64,000 nucleotides of DNA, taken from Escherichia coli. Lineage in GTDB: Bacteria > Pseudomonadota > Gammaproteobacteria > Enterobacterales > Enterobacteriaceae. The DNA is taken from NCBI RefSeq assembly GCF_016026235.1, contig NZ_CP065613.1; one strand, 5' to 3'. Made by a program: the position numbers and the translations under genes. How positions within the stretch are numbered: position 1 is the first letter of the stretch; every line of letters begins with the position of its first letter. The notes below the pieces were generated by a model, which saw only the letters and a program-made list of their open reading frames with translations, made no database searches and was not told the DNA's origin. Positions 16,903-28,869 of the stretch are shown here, piece after piece.

Positions 16903-18405
16903 GTGTCCACTGCAAACCAAAAACCAACTGAAAGCGTCAGTTTGAACGCTTTCAAACAACCGAAGGCGTTCTATCTCATCTTCTCGATTGAGTTATGGGA
17001 ACGTTTTGGTTATTACGGCCTACAAGGAATTATGGCTGTTTACCTGGTTAAACAACTGGGTATGTCTGAAGCGGATTCAATCACCCTTTTCTCTTCCTTT
17101 AGTGCCCTGGTTTATGGTCTGGTCGCTATCGGCGGCTGGTTAGGTGACAAGGTACTGGGTACTAAACGCGTAATTATGCTCGGCGCTATTGTGCTGGCGA
17201 TTGGTTATGCTCTGGTTGCCTGGTCTGGTCACGACGCCGGTATCGTTTATATGGGTATGGCGGCTATTGCGGTCGGTAACGGCCTGTTTAAAGCTAACCC
17301 GTCTTCTCTGCTTTCTACATGCTATGAGAAAAACGACCCGCGTCTGGACGGTGCATTCACCATGTACTACATGTCCGTCAACATCGGCTCTTTCTTCTCT
17401 ATGATTGCTACGCCGTGGCTGGCCGCGAAATACGGCTGGAGCGTTGCGTTTGCATTGAGCGTTGTAGGCCTGCTGATCACTATCGTTAACTTCGCCTTCT
17501 GCCAACGCTGGGTTAAACAGTACGGTTCAAAACCAGACTTCGAGCCTATCAACTACCGTAACCTGCTGCTGACCATTATTGGTGTTGTGGCACTGATCGC
17601 TATCGCCACCTGGCTGCTGCACAATCAGGAAGTTGCGCGTATGGCGCTGGGCGTTGTTGCCTTCGGTATCGTGGTTATCTTCGGTAAAGAAGCCTTCGCG
17701 ATGAAAGGTGCTGCGCGTCGTAAAATGATCGTTGCCTTCATCCTGATGCTCGAAGCCATTATCTTCTTCGTGCTGTACAGCCAGATGCCAACGTCACTGA
17801 ACTTCTTTGCGATTCGTAACGTTGAACACACCATTCTGGGCCTGGCCGTAGAACCTGAGCAGTATCAGGCACTGAACCCGTTCTGGATCATCATTGGTAG
17901 CCCGATTCTGGCCGCTATCTATAACAAGATGGGCGATACCCTGCCGATGCCAACCAAGTTTGCAATCGGTATGGTGATGTGTTCTGGTGCGTTCCTGATT
18001 CTGCCGCTGGGTGCGAAATTCGCGTCTGACGCAGGTATCGTGTCTGTAAGCTGGCTGGTCGCGAGCTATGGCCTGCAGAGTATCGGGGAACTGATGATCT
18101 CTGGTCTGGGTCTGGCAATGGTTGCACAACTCGTTCCGCAGCGTCTGATGGGCTTCATTATGGGTAGCTGGTTCCTGACCACTGCCGGTGCAAACCTGAT
18201 TGGTGGTTATGTTGCGGGTATGATGGCTGTGCCGGATAACGTTACCGATCCGCTGATGTCACTGGAAGTCTATGGTCGCGTATTCTTGCAGATTGGTGTC
18301 GCTACTGCCGTTATTGCAGTACTGATGCTGCTGACCGCGCCGAAACTGCACCGCATGACGCAGGATGACGCTGCAGACAAAGCGGCGAAAGCAGCCGTAG
18401 CGTAA
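16903..18405 (+). CDS. dtpA: Proton-dependent di/tripeptide permease (POT family)
   Basis: 500 aa; MFS/POT signature ([10 protein letters not shown]); preceded by a 610-bp AT-rich leader/promoter region. Confidence 0.95.
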
Positions 18406-18427
18406 AATTCAGGGAAACTCTTTTACA

Positions 18428-18459
18428 AGCCGCTAACTTTTCGTTAGCGGCTTTTTTTT
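18428..18459 (+). terminator. Rho-independent terminator after dtpA
   Basis: Hairpin GCCGCTAACTTTTCGTTAGCGGC followed by T9. Confidence 0.85.
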
Positions 18460-18510
18460 TGTTCAGCAACGCACTACCATACTTTAAACCACAGACAAAA
18501 GGAGTTACCG

Positions 18511-19116
18511 ATGAAATTGTTCTACAAACCGGGCGCCTGCTCTCTCGCTTCCCATATCACCCTGCGTGAGAGCGGAAAGGATTTTACGCTCGTCAGTGTG
18601 GATTTAATGAAAAAGCGTCTCGAAAACGGTGACGATTACTTTGCCGTTAACCCTAAGGGACAGGTGCCAGCATTGCTGCTGGACGATGGTACTTTGCTGA
18701 CGGAAGGCGTTGCGATTATGCAGTATCTTGCCGACAGCGTCCCCGACCGCCAGTTGCTGGCACCGGTAAACAGTATTTCCCGCTATAAAACCATCGAATG
18801 GCTGAATTACATCGCCACCGAGCTGCATAAAGGTTTCACACCTCTGTTTCGCCCTGATACACCGGAAGAGTACAAACCGACAGTTCGTGCGCAACTGGAG
18901 AAGAAGCTGCAATATGTGAACGAAGCACTGAAGGATGAGCACTGGATCTGCGGGCAAAGATTTACAATTGCTGATGCCTATCTGTTTACGGTTCTGCGCT
19001 GGGCATACGCGGTGAAACTGAATCTGGAAGGGTTAGAACACATTGCGGCATTTATGCAACGTATGGCTGAACGTCCGGAAGTACAAGACGCGCTGTCAGC
19101 GGAAGGCTTAAAGTAA
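18511..19116 (+). CDS. gstA: Glutathione S-transferase
   Basis: 201 aa; GST N- and C-terminal domains. Confidence 0.95.
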
Positions 19117-19123
19117 TAGCCAT

Positions 19124-19147
19124 CGGCCCACAGATCGTTGTGGGCCG
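19124..19147. terminator. Stem-loop between convergent gstA and pdxY (likely bidirectional terminator)
   Basis: Inverted repeat CGGCCCACA-N6-TGTGGGCCG. Confidence 0.5.
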
Positions 19148-19159
19148 AAATGAGATAAT

Positions 19160-20023
19160 TCAGAGCTTTGTTGCGCTGAAGTAATGTTCTGGTTTGGCAA
19201 TACGATCCTGAGCAGCCACCACTTGCAGCTCATATTCCTGCATTGCTTTGGTGGTCACCATGATTTCGTAGACTGCAGCGGTCACATGTTCCAGGGCCTC
19301 CTGCAGCGTTGCCCCCTGAAGCAGTTTCACCAGCAGTAAACCGCTCGTCACATCACCAACACCTACCGGCTGGCGCATACCAAAATCCACCAGCGGACGG
19401 CTGATATGCCAGGCTTCATCGGCGGTGACCAGCAGCATTTCAAAACGGTCACGGCTGTAGCCAGCTCGCGCCAGGTGTTTAACCAACACAATTTGTGGCC
19501 CTTGCGCAATGAGTTCGCGCGCTGCCAGAACCGCTTCTTCGACGTTATTTACCGCATGCTCACAGAGTATTTCCAGCTCAACCAGATTCGGCGCAATGAT
19601 ATCGCTGGCAGGCAAACCGTGCCGCACATGAAACTCTGCGACACCCGGTGCAACGATACAGCCTTTTTCCGGATGACCCATTACCGGATCGCAAAAATAT
19701 TTCGCCTGCGGATTCGCTGCTTTCACCTGACGGACGATACCGAGGATATGTTCACCCTGCTCCGCCGATCCCAGATAGCCACTTAATACGGCATCACAGG
19801 TGTGTAATTTATCAATGGCGGCAATGCCTTGCACAATTTCGGTTAAATGGCTGGGCGGCATCACGCAGCCAGTCCATTTGCCGTATTGGGTGTGATTAGA
19901 AAATTGAACGGTGTTCAGCGGCCAGACGTTCGCGCCCAGGCGGCGCATCGGAAACTCTGCCGCACTGTTACCCGCATGACCATAAACAACGTGAGACTGG
20001 ATAGCGAGAATATTTTTCATCAT
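19160..20023 (-). CDS. pdxY: Pyridoxal kinase 2
   Basis: 287 aa; ribokinase-like PfkB fold; downstream of tyrS in the pdxH-tyrS-pdxY arrangement. Confidence 0.95.
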   Translation of the reverse strand: MMKNILAIQSHVVYGHAGNSAAEFPMRRLGANVWPLNTVQFSNHTQYGKWTGCVMPPSHLTEIVQGIAAIDKLHTCDAVLSGYLGSAEQGEHILGIVRQVKAANPQAKYFCDPVMGHPEKGCIVAPGVAEFHVRHGLPASDIIAPNLVELEILCEHAVNNVEEAVLAARELIAQGPQIVLVKHLARAGYSRDRFEMLLVTADEAWHISRPLVDFGMRQPVGVGDVTSGLLLVKLLQGATLQEALEHVTAAVYEIMVTTKAMQEYELQVVAAQDRIAKPEHYFSATKL

Positions 20024-20081
20024 GTTCCCTGTATAAAAACCAGGGGGAGTGATTTCTCACTCCCCCTTTCCACTTAATGCA

Positions 20082-21356
20082 TTATTTCCAGCAAATCAGA
20101 CAGTAATTCTTTTTGCCGCGACGCAGTAAGGTAAAACGACCAAACAGACGATCTTCTTCTTTAAAGAAGTATTCAGGAGCGGACTGTTTTTCACCGTTAA
20201 TGGTGATGGCATTGGAGGCGATAGTTTTACGCGCCTGACCACGGGAAGGTTGCAGTTCAGAATCGACCAGCGCCTGCATCAGGTCTGCGCCCTTTTCCAT
20301 CTCAACCATCGGTACGCCGTCCTGCGCCAGCTGTTCGAAGTCCGCTTCACTCAGCGCACTCAAGGAACCGCTGAACAGGCATTCGGTAATACGTTTTGCC
20401 GCCTGTAAACCTTCTTCACCGTGAACCAGACGAGTCACCTGCTCCGCCAGTACATACTGGGCGCGCGGTGCTTTACCGCTGTTTTTATCTTCTTCTTCCA
20501 GGGCGTTGATCTCTTCAATGCTCATAAAGGTGAAGAACTTCAGGAAGCGGTAAACGTCGGCATCCGCAGTGTTGATCCAGAACTGGTAGAATTTGTACGG
20601 GCTGGTTTTCTTCGGATCCAACCAGACTGCGCCGCCTTCAGTTTTACCAAATTTGGTGCCGTCTGCTTTGGTGATCAGCGGAACGGTCAGGCCAAACACC
20701 TGATTCTGATGCAGACGACGGGTCAGGTCGATACCAGAAGTGATGTTACCCCACTGGTCAGAACCACCAATTTGCAGCACCACACCGTACTGTTTGTTCA
20801 GACAGGCGAAGTCATAACCCTGCAACAGGTTGTAGGAAAACTCAGTGAACGAAATCCCCTGATCTTCACGGTTGAGACGCTGCTTAACCGCTTCTTTGTT
20901 GATCATCTGGTTAACGGAGAAGTGTTTGCCAATATCGCGCAGGAAGGTCAGCACATTCATATTGCCGAACCAGTCATAGTTGTTCGCCGCGATAGCAGAG
21001 TTTTCTCCACAGTCGAAATCGAGGAACGGGGCAACCTGCTTGCGGATTTTGTCCACCCACTCCTGAACAGTTTCTTCGGTGTTCAGCTTACGCTCGGCAG
21101 CTTTGAAGCTCGGGTCGCCAATCAGACCCGTCGCGCCGCCTACCAGCGCAACCGGCTTGTGGCCCGCCTGCTGGAAGCGTTTCAGGCATAACAATGGAAC
21201 AAGATGCCCCAAATGCAAGCTGTCAGCGGTAGGATCGAAGCCGCAATAGAGCGCGATCGGGCCTTGCGCCAGTCGCTCTGCTAACGCTTCCTCGTCCGTC
21301 ACCTGGGCTACCAGCCCCCGCTCTTGCAATTGTTTAATCAAGTTACTGCTTGCCAT
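20082..21356 (-). CDS. tyrS: Tyrosyl-tRNA synthetase
   Basis: 424 aa from ATG at 21356 ([14 protein letters not shown]); class I HIGH (HLGH) and KMSKS (KFGKT) motifs. Confidence 0.95.
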   Translation of the reverse strand: MASSNLIKQLQERGLVAQVTDEEALAERLAQGPIALYCGFDPTADSLHLGHLVPLLCLKRFQQAGHKPVALVGGATGLIGDPSFKAAERKLNTEETVQEWVDKIRKQVAPFLDFDCGENSAIAANNYDWFGNMNVLTFLRDIGKHFSVNQMINKEAVKQRLNREDQGISFTEFSYNLLQGYDFACLNKQYGVVLQIGGSDQWGNITSGIDLTRRLHQNQVFGLTVPLITKADGTKFGKTEGGAVWLDPKKTSPYKFYQFWINTADADVYRFLKFFTFMSIEEINALEEEDKNSGKAPRAQYVLAEQVTRLVHGEEGLQAAKRITECLFSGSLSALSEADFEQLAQDGVPMVEMEKGADLMQALVDSELQPSRGQARKTIASNAITINGEKQSAPEYFFKEEDRLFGRFTLLRRGKKNYCLICWK

Positions 21357-21484
21357 CAAAATCTCCATGTATATAACGACTGCACCTTTGCCGGTACACG
21401 ACTTTTCGCCAGATGCGAAAGAGACATAGAATAAAGTGCCAGAATCAGGAGTACCAGCGATTAAAGCAAGATTTTTGCATCTTT

Positions 21485-22141
21485 TCAGGGTGCAAGACGA
21501 TCAATCTTCCACGCATCATTTTCACGCTGGTACAAAAAGCGGTCATGCAGGCGATGCTCACCACCCTGCCAGAACTCAATCTGTTCAAGGCTGACGCGAA
21601 AACCGCCCCAAAAGCTCGGCAATGGCACTTCGCCCTGTTGAAACTTCTGCTTCAGCTCCAGGAATTTACTTTCAAGGATACCGCGGGCAGAAATGCGACT
21701 GGACTGCTTCGAAACCCATGCACCAATCTGGCTATCACGCGGGCGGCTATGAAAATATTTCATCACTTCGAGAGTCGAAAGTCGTTCCGCTTTACCGATC
21801 ACCATCACCTGGCGCTCAAGGGTATGCCACGGGAATAGCAGGCTAACGCGCGGATTATTTTCGATTTGATGTGCTTTACGGCTGCCGAGGTTGGTGTAAA
21901 ACACCATGCCTTTTTCGTCGTAATGTTTGAGTAAAACGATGCGTTGATAAGGCTGAGCATGTTCATCCACGGTAGCGACCACCATCGCGGTAGGGTCTGC
22001 CAGTTTGGCTTCACACGCCTGAGAGAGCCAACGTTCAAAAAGGGTTAATGGATCGGCGGGAAGATCGCGACGGCGTAACCCGCCTTTGGTGTATTCACGG
22101 CGCAGATGCGCGATTTGCTGCAATTCGTCGTTATCAGACAT
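21485..22141 (-). CDS. pdxH: Pyridoxine/pyridoxamine 5'-phosphate oxidase
   Basis: 218 aa; FMN-binding split-barrel fold; C-terminal conserved tail. Confidence 0.95.
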   Translation of the reverse strand: MSDNDELQQIAHLRREYTKGGLRRRDLPADPLTLFERWLSQACEAKLADPTAMVVATVDEHAQPYQRIVLLKHYDEKGMVFYTNLGSRKAHQIENNPRVSLLFPWHTLERQVMVIGKAERLSTLEVMKYFHSRPRDSQIGAWVSKQSSRISARGILESKFLELKQKFQQGEVPLPSFWGGFRVSLEQIEFWQGGEHRLHDRFLYQRENDAWKIDRLAP

Positions 22142-22199
22142 GGTTTTCTTTACGGATTGTCAGTGGGTGACGCTATTGTGCGCCGCCCATGGAAAAATC

Positions 22200-22529
22200 T
22201 CAACGCTGTGGATTTTGTAACTGACAGTTATTCAAGACGATGCGGTCGCGTTTATAGACAGTCGCTTCCTCGCCTTTCGACCAGAAAACATAGATTCCGT
22301 CAGTGTAACGTGCACCAGACGCTGAAATGCCCTGTTTGAGATGCAGTAGTTGATTATCGTAAACAAAACTGACTTCCTGGCGCGGATTATTCAGTTTGAC
22401 CGTCAACGGTTTTTCATCACACTGGTATTCCAGCGTAGCGGTTTGCATGTGCTCAACCAGTTGATTGAACGCGCTACAGCCGGTGAGAAGCACCGGCAAA
22501 CAGATCAGTAACAGTTTTTTCATAGACAT
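22200..22529 (-). CDS. mliC: Membrane-bound lysozyme inhibitor of C-type lysozyme (lipoprotein)
   Basis: 109 aa; lipoprotein signal peptide with lipobox LTGC. Confidence 0.9.
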   Translation of the reverse strand: MSMKKLLLICLPVLLTGCSAFNQLVEHMQTATLEYQCDEKPLTVKLNNPRQEVSFVYDNQLLHLKQGISASGARYTDGIYVFWSKGEEATVYKRDRIVLNNCQLQNPQR

Positions 22530-22626
22530 TTCCCGAAGACTTTCCTGGTCTGGAGGGCAATACGCCCTCCCTAACGTTCCAAGTGTAACGGCAGACGCGG
22601 TAAGAAAAATTCAGTTAACTCTGATA

Positions 22627-23736
22627 TCACGGGTTAGCAGGGAAAATAGCCCCCAGTACCGTCTCCTGGCTTGCGCCAGTGACGGAAGGCAGATTTCCTG
22701 GTAATCCCGCCAGCGTCCGCCAGGCAAGCCAGGCGAAAGCCAATGCTTCCATGTCATCGCCACTAATGCCAACGGCATCGGTGGTGGTGACTTCTGTGCC
22801 TGGCAGTAATGCCGCCAGACGCGCCATGAGTAGCGGATTACGACTACCTCCACCACATACCATCAATCGTTCGCAGCCACCGCTCAACAAAACTTGTTCA
22901 GAAATGGTCACGGCGGTGAGTTCTGCCAGTGTGGCCTGAACATCACGGGGATCAACACCCGGAAAATGGCGTAAATGGCGCTCCAGCCAGCCGTAGTTAA
23001 AGTATTCGCGTCCGGTGCTTTTCGGTGCAGGTTGCGAGAAATATGGGGCGCTGAGCATATTTTGCAGCAGTGGGAGAATAACTTTACCCGCCCGTGCCCA
23101 CTCGGCATCTTTATCGTAAGGTTTACCGGCCTGACGCCAGATCCAGGCATCCATCAGCATGTTACCAGGACCGGTATCGTAGCCGCCAACCGGCTGCCCA
23201 GGAATGAGCAGTGACAGATTGGCGATGCCGCCAATATTGAGCACCATTCGTCGCTCGGATGGGTGAGCCAGCAAGGCATGATGGAACGCAGGTACCAGCG
23301 GTGCGCCTTGTCCTCCCAAGGCAATATCGCGACGGCGAAAATCACCGACAACCGTAATTCCGGTGCGTGCCACAATTTGATTGTTATCGCCAATCTGTAA
23401 AGTGTGTGGTGCCACGCCCGTCGGTTCATGCCAGACGGTTTGACCGTGACAGCCGATCGCAACTATATCTCTCGCCTGCAGGTTTTGTTCCTTAAGCAAG
23501 GCATTGACCGCATCAGCAAAAAGTCGCCCGAGTTGAGTATCAAGCTGTCCAAACTGCGAAAGTGTAAGCTGCTGGCCCTGGCAAATATCCAGTACAGCCT
23601 GTTTCAGAGACACCGGGATCGGCCAGCTCAAACTTGCCAGCTGTGCGACCCGGTGTTCATCAATTGTCGCCAACACAACATCAACACCATCAAGGCTGGT
23701 GCCTGACATAACGCCAATAAAGCGGCCCGATTTCAT
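22627..23736 (-). CDS. anmK: Anhydro-N-acetylmuramic acid kinase
   Basis: 369 aa; N-terminal GxMSGTSxDG motif. Confidence 0.95.
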   Translation of the reverse strand: MKSGRFIGVMSGTSLDGVDVVLATIDEHRVAQLASLSWPIPVSLKQAVLDICQGQQLTLSQFGQLDTQLGRLFADAVNALLKEQNLQARDIVAIGCHGQTVWHEPTGVAPHTLQIGDNNQIVARTGITVVGDFRRRDIALGGQGAPLVPAFHHALLAHPSERRMVLNIGGIANLSLLIPGQPVGGYDTGPGNMLMDAWIWRQAGKPYDKDAEWARAGKVILPLLQNMLSAPYFSQPAPKSTGREYFNYGWLERHLRHFPGVDPRDVQATLAELTAVTISEQVLLSGGCERLMVCGGGSRNPLLMARLAALLPGTEVTTTDAVGISGDDMEALAFAWLAWRTLAGLPGNLPSVTGASQETVLGAIFPANP

Positions 23737-23869
23737 AGTTCATCCTTTTTCAATCTGACGTTTGCGCACCACTCAAACATAAACTTTTCGTGAATACCAT
23801 GCGGAATGACCGATTTTTACCGTTGGTAGTAAAACATTATCTTCAAATCAATAATCATCATGAATGTTT

Positions 23870-23886
23870 TGTTTATAATTGGTTGA
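23870..23886 (+). promoter_or_regulatory. Candidate PhoP box in the slyB promoter (TGTTTA-N5-GGTTGA)
   Basis: Direct hexamer repeat with 5-bp spacer about 125 bp upstream of the slyB start; slyB is a known PhoP-activated gene. Confidence 0.5.
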
Positions 23887-24009
23887 TCCTACTTTCATTA
23901 TGATTTGCTCATATTTGGTAGAACATGTAACCATGGATTCACATATGCCATATACTTTGACCATGAGGGATGCTTGCGTGGCGTTTCATGGTGAACAGGA
24001 GATTTTTCA

Positions 24010-24477
24010 ATGATTAAACGCGTATTGGTTGTTTCAATGGTAGGTCTGTCTCTTGTCGGTTGTGTTAATAACGACACCCTGTCAGGGGATGTTTATACCG
24101 CTTCTGAAGCGAAACAAGTACAGAATGTCAGCTATGGAACCATCGTTAACGTACGTCCGGTACAGATTCAGGGCGGTGATGATTCCAACGTTATCGGTGC
24201 AATTGGCGGTGCTGTTCTTGGTGGTTTCCTGGGAAATACTGTTGGTGGCGGAACCGGGCGTTCTCTGGCTACTGCAGCAGGCGCTGTTGCAGGTGGCGTA
24301 GCTGGTCAGGGCGTACAGAGTGCAATGAACAAAACGCAAGGTGTCGAGCTGGAAATTCGTAAAGACGATGGTAATACCATCATGGTGGTACAGAAACAAG
24401 GCAACACTCGTTTCTCTCCGGGCCAACGTGTCGTACTGGCCAGCAATGGCAGTCAGGTGACCGTTTCTCCGCGCTAA
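24010..24477 (+). CDS. slyB: Outer membrane lipoprotein SlyB
   Basis: 155 aa; lipoprotein signal (LVGC) and glycine-zipper region. Confidence 0.95.
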   Translation: MIKRVLVVSMVGLSLVGCVNNDTLSGDVYTASEAKQVQNVSYGTIVNVRPVQIQGGDDSNVIGAIGGAVLGGFLGNTVGGGTGRSLATAAGAVAGGVAGQGVQSAMNKTQGVELEIRKDDGNTIMVVQKQGNTRFSPGQRVVLASNGSQVTVSPR

Positions 24478-24485
24478 ATAAGTTT

Positions 24486-24513
24486 GCGTGTGGTCAGGTT
24501 ACTGACCACACGC
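24486..24513. terminator. Bidirectional terminator between convergent slyB and slyA
   Basis: Perfect hairpin GCGTGTGGTCAG-N4-CTGACCACACGC. Confidence 0.75.
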
Positions 24514-24523
24514 CCCCTTCATT

Positions 24524-24964
24524 TCACCCTTTGGCCTGTAACTCAATGATATTATGCTCAAGTTTTGCGATGAGCGTAATCAGTTGTTCCAGTTCCTCTG
24601 CGGAGATGCCATGTAAGATTTCCGCGCGGGTTTTGTTAATAACAGCTTCCATTTCGCTGATCAGTGGCTCTGCCTTTTCCGTCAGTTTAATACGTTTAGC
24701 CCGACGATCGCTGGCACAAGTTTGACGCGAAATTAACCCTTTTTCTTCCAGTTGGTCCAGAGTACGGACCAGTGATGGCTGCTCGATGCCAATCGCTTTT
24801 GCCAGTTGAATTTGCGACTGGTCTGGAGGTAACTGATGGATATTGTGTAACGTAACCCAATGGGTTTGTGTTAACTCCAGCGGTTTCAGGCGATGGTCTA
24901 TCAGAGCACGCCATATGCGCACCAACCGTGCCAGATCAGAACCTAGTGGTGATTCCAATTTCAT
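24524..24964 (-). CDS. slyA: MarR-family transcriptional regulator SlyA
   Basis: 146-codon ORF; winged-helix MarR domain; the start usually annotated may be the TTG two codons in (24958). Confidence 0.9.
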
Positions 24965-24974
24965 CTCCTTATAA

Positions 24975-24986
24975 TTAGCTTGCTAA
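24975..24986. promoter_or_regulatory. SlyA-box palindrome (TTAGCAAGCTAA on the minus strand)
   Basis: 12-bp sequence matching the SlyA consensus, 10 bp upstream of the slyA start, in the slyA/ydhIJK divergent region. Confidence 0.65.
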
Positions 24987-25158
24987 GATATTATGCGGCT
25001 TTTAGAATAGTGTGCAGCAATTGTATTGCTAAAACAAATGTATTGCTGCATTTGGTTACCGTCAGACATATTTTTCAGAAATTGCGCGTAAATTTTTCGC
25101 ACTTAAAGAATATTTATTAATCTAACGCAATATATTCGGTCGTAAAGGAATCTACTTT

Positions 25159-25395
25159 GTGAAGTTTATGCTCAATGCAACAGGATTGCCCTTACAAGAT
25201 CTGGTGTTCGGTGCGTCCGTCTACTTTCCTCCGTTTTTCAAAGCCTTCGCGTTTGGATTCGTCATCTGGCTTGTCGTACACCGCCTGCTTCGTGGCTGGA
25301 TCTACGCCGGTGACATCTGGCATCCCTTGTTAATGGATTTATCGCTGTTTGCGATTTGCGTTTGCCTTGCTCTGGCAATACTGATTGCGTGGTAA
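25159..25395 (+). CDS. ydhI: Small inner-membrane protein (DUF1656)
   Basis: 78 aa with two hydrophobic helices; first gene of ydhIJK. Confidence 0.85.
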
Positions 25396-25397
25396 CT

Positions 25398-26255
25398 ATG
25401 TCAATTAAAACAATTAAGTATTTCTCAACAATCATTGTAGCGATAGTTGCGGTTCTTGCCGGATGGTGGCTGTGGAATTATTACATGCAATCTCCGTGGA
25501 CACGCGACGGGAAAATACGCGCAGAACAGGTTTCTATCACCCCACAGGTGTCGGGACGTATTGTTGAGCTGAATATAAAAGACAACCAACTGGTTAACGC
25601 GGGGGATCTTCTGCTCACGATCGATAAAACGCCCTTTCAGATCGCCGAGCTGAATGCACAGGCTCAGCTGGCGAAAGCGCAATCTGACCTCGCAAAAGCC
25701 AATAACGAAGCGAATCGTCGTCGTCATCTCTCACAAAATTTTATTTCTGCCGAAGAACTCGATACCGCTAACCTCAATGTTAAAGCGATGCAGGCCAGTG
25801 TTGATGCCGCACAGGCGACGCTGAAACAGGCACAATGGCAACTGGCGCAAACGGAAATTCGCGCCCCAGTGAGTGGATGGGTGACTAACCTTACTACCCG
25901 CATCGGCGATTACGCTGATACCGGGAAACCGCTGTTTGCCCTTGTCGACAGCCACTCGTTTTACGTCATTGGTTATTTTGAAGAAACCAAGTTGCGCCAT
26001 ATCCGCGAAGGTGCACCAGCACAAATTACCCTCTATAGTGATAACAAAACGTTACAGGGTCACGTTTCCAGTATCGGTCGGGCGATTTATGATCAGAGCG
26101 TTGAAAGTGACTCAAGCCTTATTCCGGATGTGAAACCTAACGTCCCCTGGGTTCGTCTCGCCCAACGCGTTCCCGTCCGCTTTGCGCTGGATAAAGTTCC
26201 AGGCGATGTCACGCTGGTGTCGGGCACCACCTGTAGCATTGCCGTAGGTCAATAA
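25398..26255 (+). CDS. ydhJ: Membrane fusion protein (HlyD/EmrA-like periplasmic adaptor)
   Basis: 285 aa from ATG at 25398 (MSIKTIKYF...); N-terminal anchor, coiled-coil and barrel domain. Confidence 0.85.
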   Translation: MSIKTIKYFSTIIVAIVAVLAGWWLWNYYMQSPWTRDGKIRAEQVSITPQVSGRIVELNIKDNQLVNAGDLLLTIDKTPFQIAELNAQAQLAKAQSDLAKANNEANRRRHLSQNFISAEELDTANLNVKAMQASVDAAQATLKQAQWQLAQTEIRAPVSGWVTNLTTRIGDYADTGKPLFALVDSHSFYVIGYFEETKLRHIREGAPAQITLYSDNKTLQGHVSSIGRAIYDQSVESDSSLIPDVKPNVPWVRLAQRVPVRFALDKVPGDVTLVSGTTCSIAVGQ

Positions 26256-28267
26256 TGAACGCATCGTCATGGTCCTTGCGCAACTTGCCCTGGTTCAGGG
26301 CCACGCTGGCGCAATGGCGTTATGCGTTACGCAATACCATTGCTATGTGTCTGGCGCTGACGGTTGCCTATTATTTGAATCTGGATGAACCCTATTGGGC
26401 GATGACCTCGGCTGCAGTGGTTAGCTTTCCCACCGTTGGCGGTGTCATCAGCAAAAGCCTCGGACGCATCGCTGGCAGTTTACTGGGAGCCATTGCGGCA
26501 CTGCTTCTTGCCGGGCATACGCTCAATGAGCCGTGGTTTTTTCTATTGAGCATGTCGGCGTGGCTTGGCTTTTGTACCTGGGCCTGTGCGCACTTCACGA
26601 ATAACGTCGCGTATGCATTTCAACTGGCGGGCTACACGGCTGCCATCATCGCCTTTCCGATGGTTAATATTACTGAGGCCAGCCAGCTGTGGGATATCGC
26701 TCAGGCGCGCGTTTGCGAGGTGATTGTCGGTATTTTGTGCGGCGGCATGATGATGATGATCCTGCCGAGCAGTTCCGATGCTACAGCCCTTTTAACCGCA
26801 TTGAAAAACATGCACGCCCGATTACTGGAACATGCCAGTTTACTCTGGCAGCCTGAAACAACCGATGCCATTCGTGCAGCACATGAAGGGGTGATTGGGC
26901 AGATACTGACCATGAATTTGCTGCGTATCCAGGCTTTCTGGAGCCACTATCGTTTTCGCCAGCAAAACGCGCGCCTTAATGCGCTGCTCCACCAGCAATT
27001 ACGTATGACCAGTGTCATCTCCAGCCTGCGACGTATGTTGCTCAACTGGCCCTCACCGCCAGGTGCCACGCGAGAAATTCTCGAACAGTTGCTGACGGCG
27101 CTCGCCAGTTCGCAAACAGATGTTTACACCGTCGCACGTATTATCGCCCCGCTACGCCCGACCAACGTCGCCGACTATCGGCACGTCGCCTTCTGGCAGC
27201 GACTACGTTATTTTTGCCGCCTTTATCTGCAAAGTAGTCAGGAATTACATCGTCTGCAAAGCGATGTAGATGATCATGCCAGACTCCCACGGACATCCGG
27301 CCTGGCTCGTCATACCGATAACGCCGAAGCTATGTGGAGCGGGCTGCGTACATTTTGTACGTTGATGATGATTGGCGCATGGAGTATTGCTTCGCAATGG
27401 GATGCCGGTGCCAATGCATTAACGCTGGCAGCGATTAGCTGCGTACTCTACTCCGCCGTCGCAGCACCGTTTAAGTCGTTGTCACTGCTGATGCGCACGC
27501 TGGTGTTACTTTCGCTATTCAGCTTTGTGGTCAAATTTGGTCTGATGGTCCAGATTAGCGATCTGTGGCAATTTTTGTTGTTTCTCTTTCCACTGCTGGC
27601 GACAATGCAGCTTCTTAAATTGCAGATGCCCAAATTTGCCGCGTTGTGGGGGCAACTGATTGTTTTTATGGGTTCTTTTATCGCCGTCACTAATCCCTCG
27701 GTGTATGATTTTGCTGATTTTCTTAACGATAATCTGGCGAAAATCGTTGGCGTCGCGTTGGCGTGGTTAGCGTTCGCCATTCTGCGTCCAGGATCGGATG
27801 CTCGCAAAAGCCGCCGCCATATTCGCGCGCTGCGCCGGGATTTTGTCGATCAACTAAGCCGCCATCCAACACTGAGTGAAAGCGAATTTGAATCGCTCAC
27901 TTATCATCACGTCAGTCAGTTGAGTAACAGCCAGGATGCGCTGGCTCGCCGTTGGTTATTACGCTGGGGTGTAGTGCTGCTGAACTGTTCTCATGTTGTC
28001 TGGCAATTACGCGACTGGGAATCGCGTTCCGATCCGTTATCGCGAGTACGGGATAACTGTATTTCACTGTTGCGGGGAGTGATGAGTGAGCGTGGCGTTC
28101 AGCAAAAATCACTGGCGGCCACACTTGAAGAATTACAGCGGATTTGCGACAGCCTTGCCCGTCATCATCAACCTGCCGCCCGTGAGCTGGCGGCAATTGT
28201 CTGGCGGCTGTACTGCTCGCTTTCGCAACTTGAGCAAGCACCACCGCAAGGTACGCTGGCCTCTTAA
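26255..28267 (+). CDS. ydhK: Fusaric acid resistance (FUSC/AaeB)-family efflux membrane protein
   Basis: 670 aa; two clusters of transmembrane helices separated by a cytoplasmic domain; start overlaps ydhJ stop. Confidence 0.85.
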   Translation: MNASSWSLRNLPWFRATLAQWRYALRNTIAMCLALTVAYYLNLDEPYWAMTSAAVVSFPTVGGVISKSLGRIAGSLLGAIAALLLAGHTLNEPWFFLLSMSAWLGFCTWACAHFTNNVAYAFQLAGYTAAIIAFPMVNITEASQLWDIAQARVCEVIVGILCGGMMMMILPSSSDATALLTALKNMHARLLEHASLLWQPETTDAIRAAHEGVIGQILTMNLLRIQAFWSHYRFRQQNARLNALLHQQLRMTSVISSLRRMLLNWPSPPGATREILEQLLTALASSQTDVYTVARIIAPLRPTNVADYRHVAFWQRLRYFCRLYLQSSQELHRLQSDVDDHARLPRTSGLARHTDNAEAMWSGLRTFCTLMMIGAWSIASQWDAGANALTLAAISCVLYSAVAAPFKSLSLLMRTLVLLSLFSFVVKFGLMVQISDLWQFLLFLFPLLATMQLLKLQMPKFAALWGQLIVFMGSFIAVTNPSVYDFADFLNDNLAKIVGVALAWLAFAILRPGSDARKSRRHIRALRRDFVDQLSRHPTLSESEFESLTYHHVSQLSNSQDALARRWLLRWGVVLLNCSHVVWQLRDWESRSDPLSRVRDNCISLLRGVMSERGVQQKSLAATLEELQRICDSLARHHQPAARELAAIVWRLYCSLSQLEQAPPQGTLAS

Positions 28268-28789
28268 TTACTTAATTACACCACAGGCATAGCGTTCACC
28301 GCCACCGCCCAGCGGTTTAGGTTGATCGGACATATTATCGCCGCCAACGTGGACCATCAGCGCTTTGTCTTTGATTTCATCCAGTGATTTCAGACGAGGC
28401 GCGATGACGGCATCGGTAGCTTTGCCGTCATTATTGACGACCAGTGCAGGCAGATCGCCTAAATGCCCGGCACCTTCTGGCCCTTCATGTTTACCGGTAT
28501 TTTGTGGATCAAGATGCCCGCCTGCGGATTCCGCGGCGCTGGCTTTGCCATCTTTGGTGGCTGGCTGGCAGCTTCCTTTGGCATGAATATGGAAGCCATA
28601 TTCACCGGGGGGTAATGCTTTCAGATCGGGCGAAAACTCCAGACCTTTATCGGTTTCAGTAATGGTGACGCTACCAATTGACTGCCCAACCCCTTGCGAC
28701 GTGACGAGGTTCATCTCGACTTTTTCACTGGCAGCTTGTGCGCCGGTCGCAACAACCAGCGCCAGAATGGCCAGACTAAAACGTTTCAT
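28268..28789 (-). CDS. sodC: Periplasmic Cu,Zn superoxide dismutase
   Basis: 173 aa from ATG at 28789 (MKRFSLAILALVVATGAQA signal peptide); Cu/Zn-SOD His ligands. Confidence 0.9.
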   Translation of the reverse strand: MKRFSLAILALVVATGAQAASEKVEMNLVTSQGVGQSIGSVTITETDKGLEFSPDLKALPPGEYGFHIHAKGSCQPATKDGKASAAESAGGHLDPQNTGKHEGPEGAGHLGDLPALVVNNDGKATDAVIAPRLKSLDEIKDKALMVHVGGDNMSDQPKPLGGGGERYACGVIK

Positions 28790-28869
28790 AGGACCTCCGT
28801 TCATTGTGCATTCCTGAATAAGTGTAAACCAGTGACACATTTTTGAACGGCGGCTATTCCTAAAAGTGC

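Noticed and set aside
20421-21191. 256-aa plus-strand ORF inside tyrS
   Set aside because: Antisense to the essential tyrS coding sequence; no independent support.
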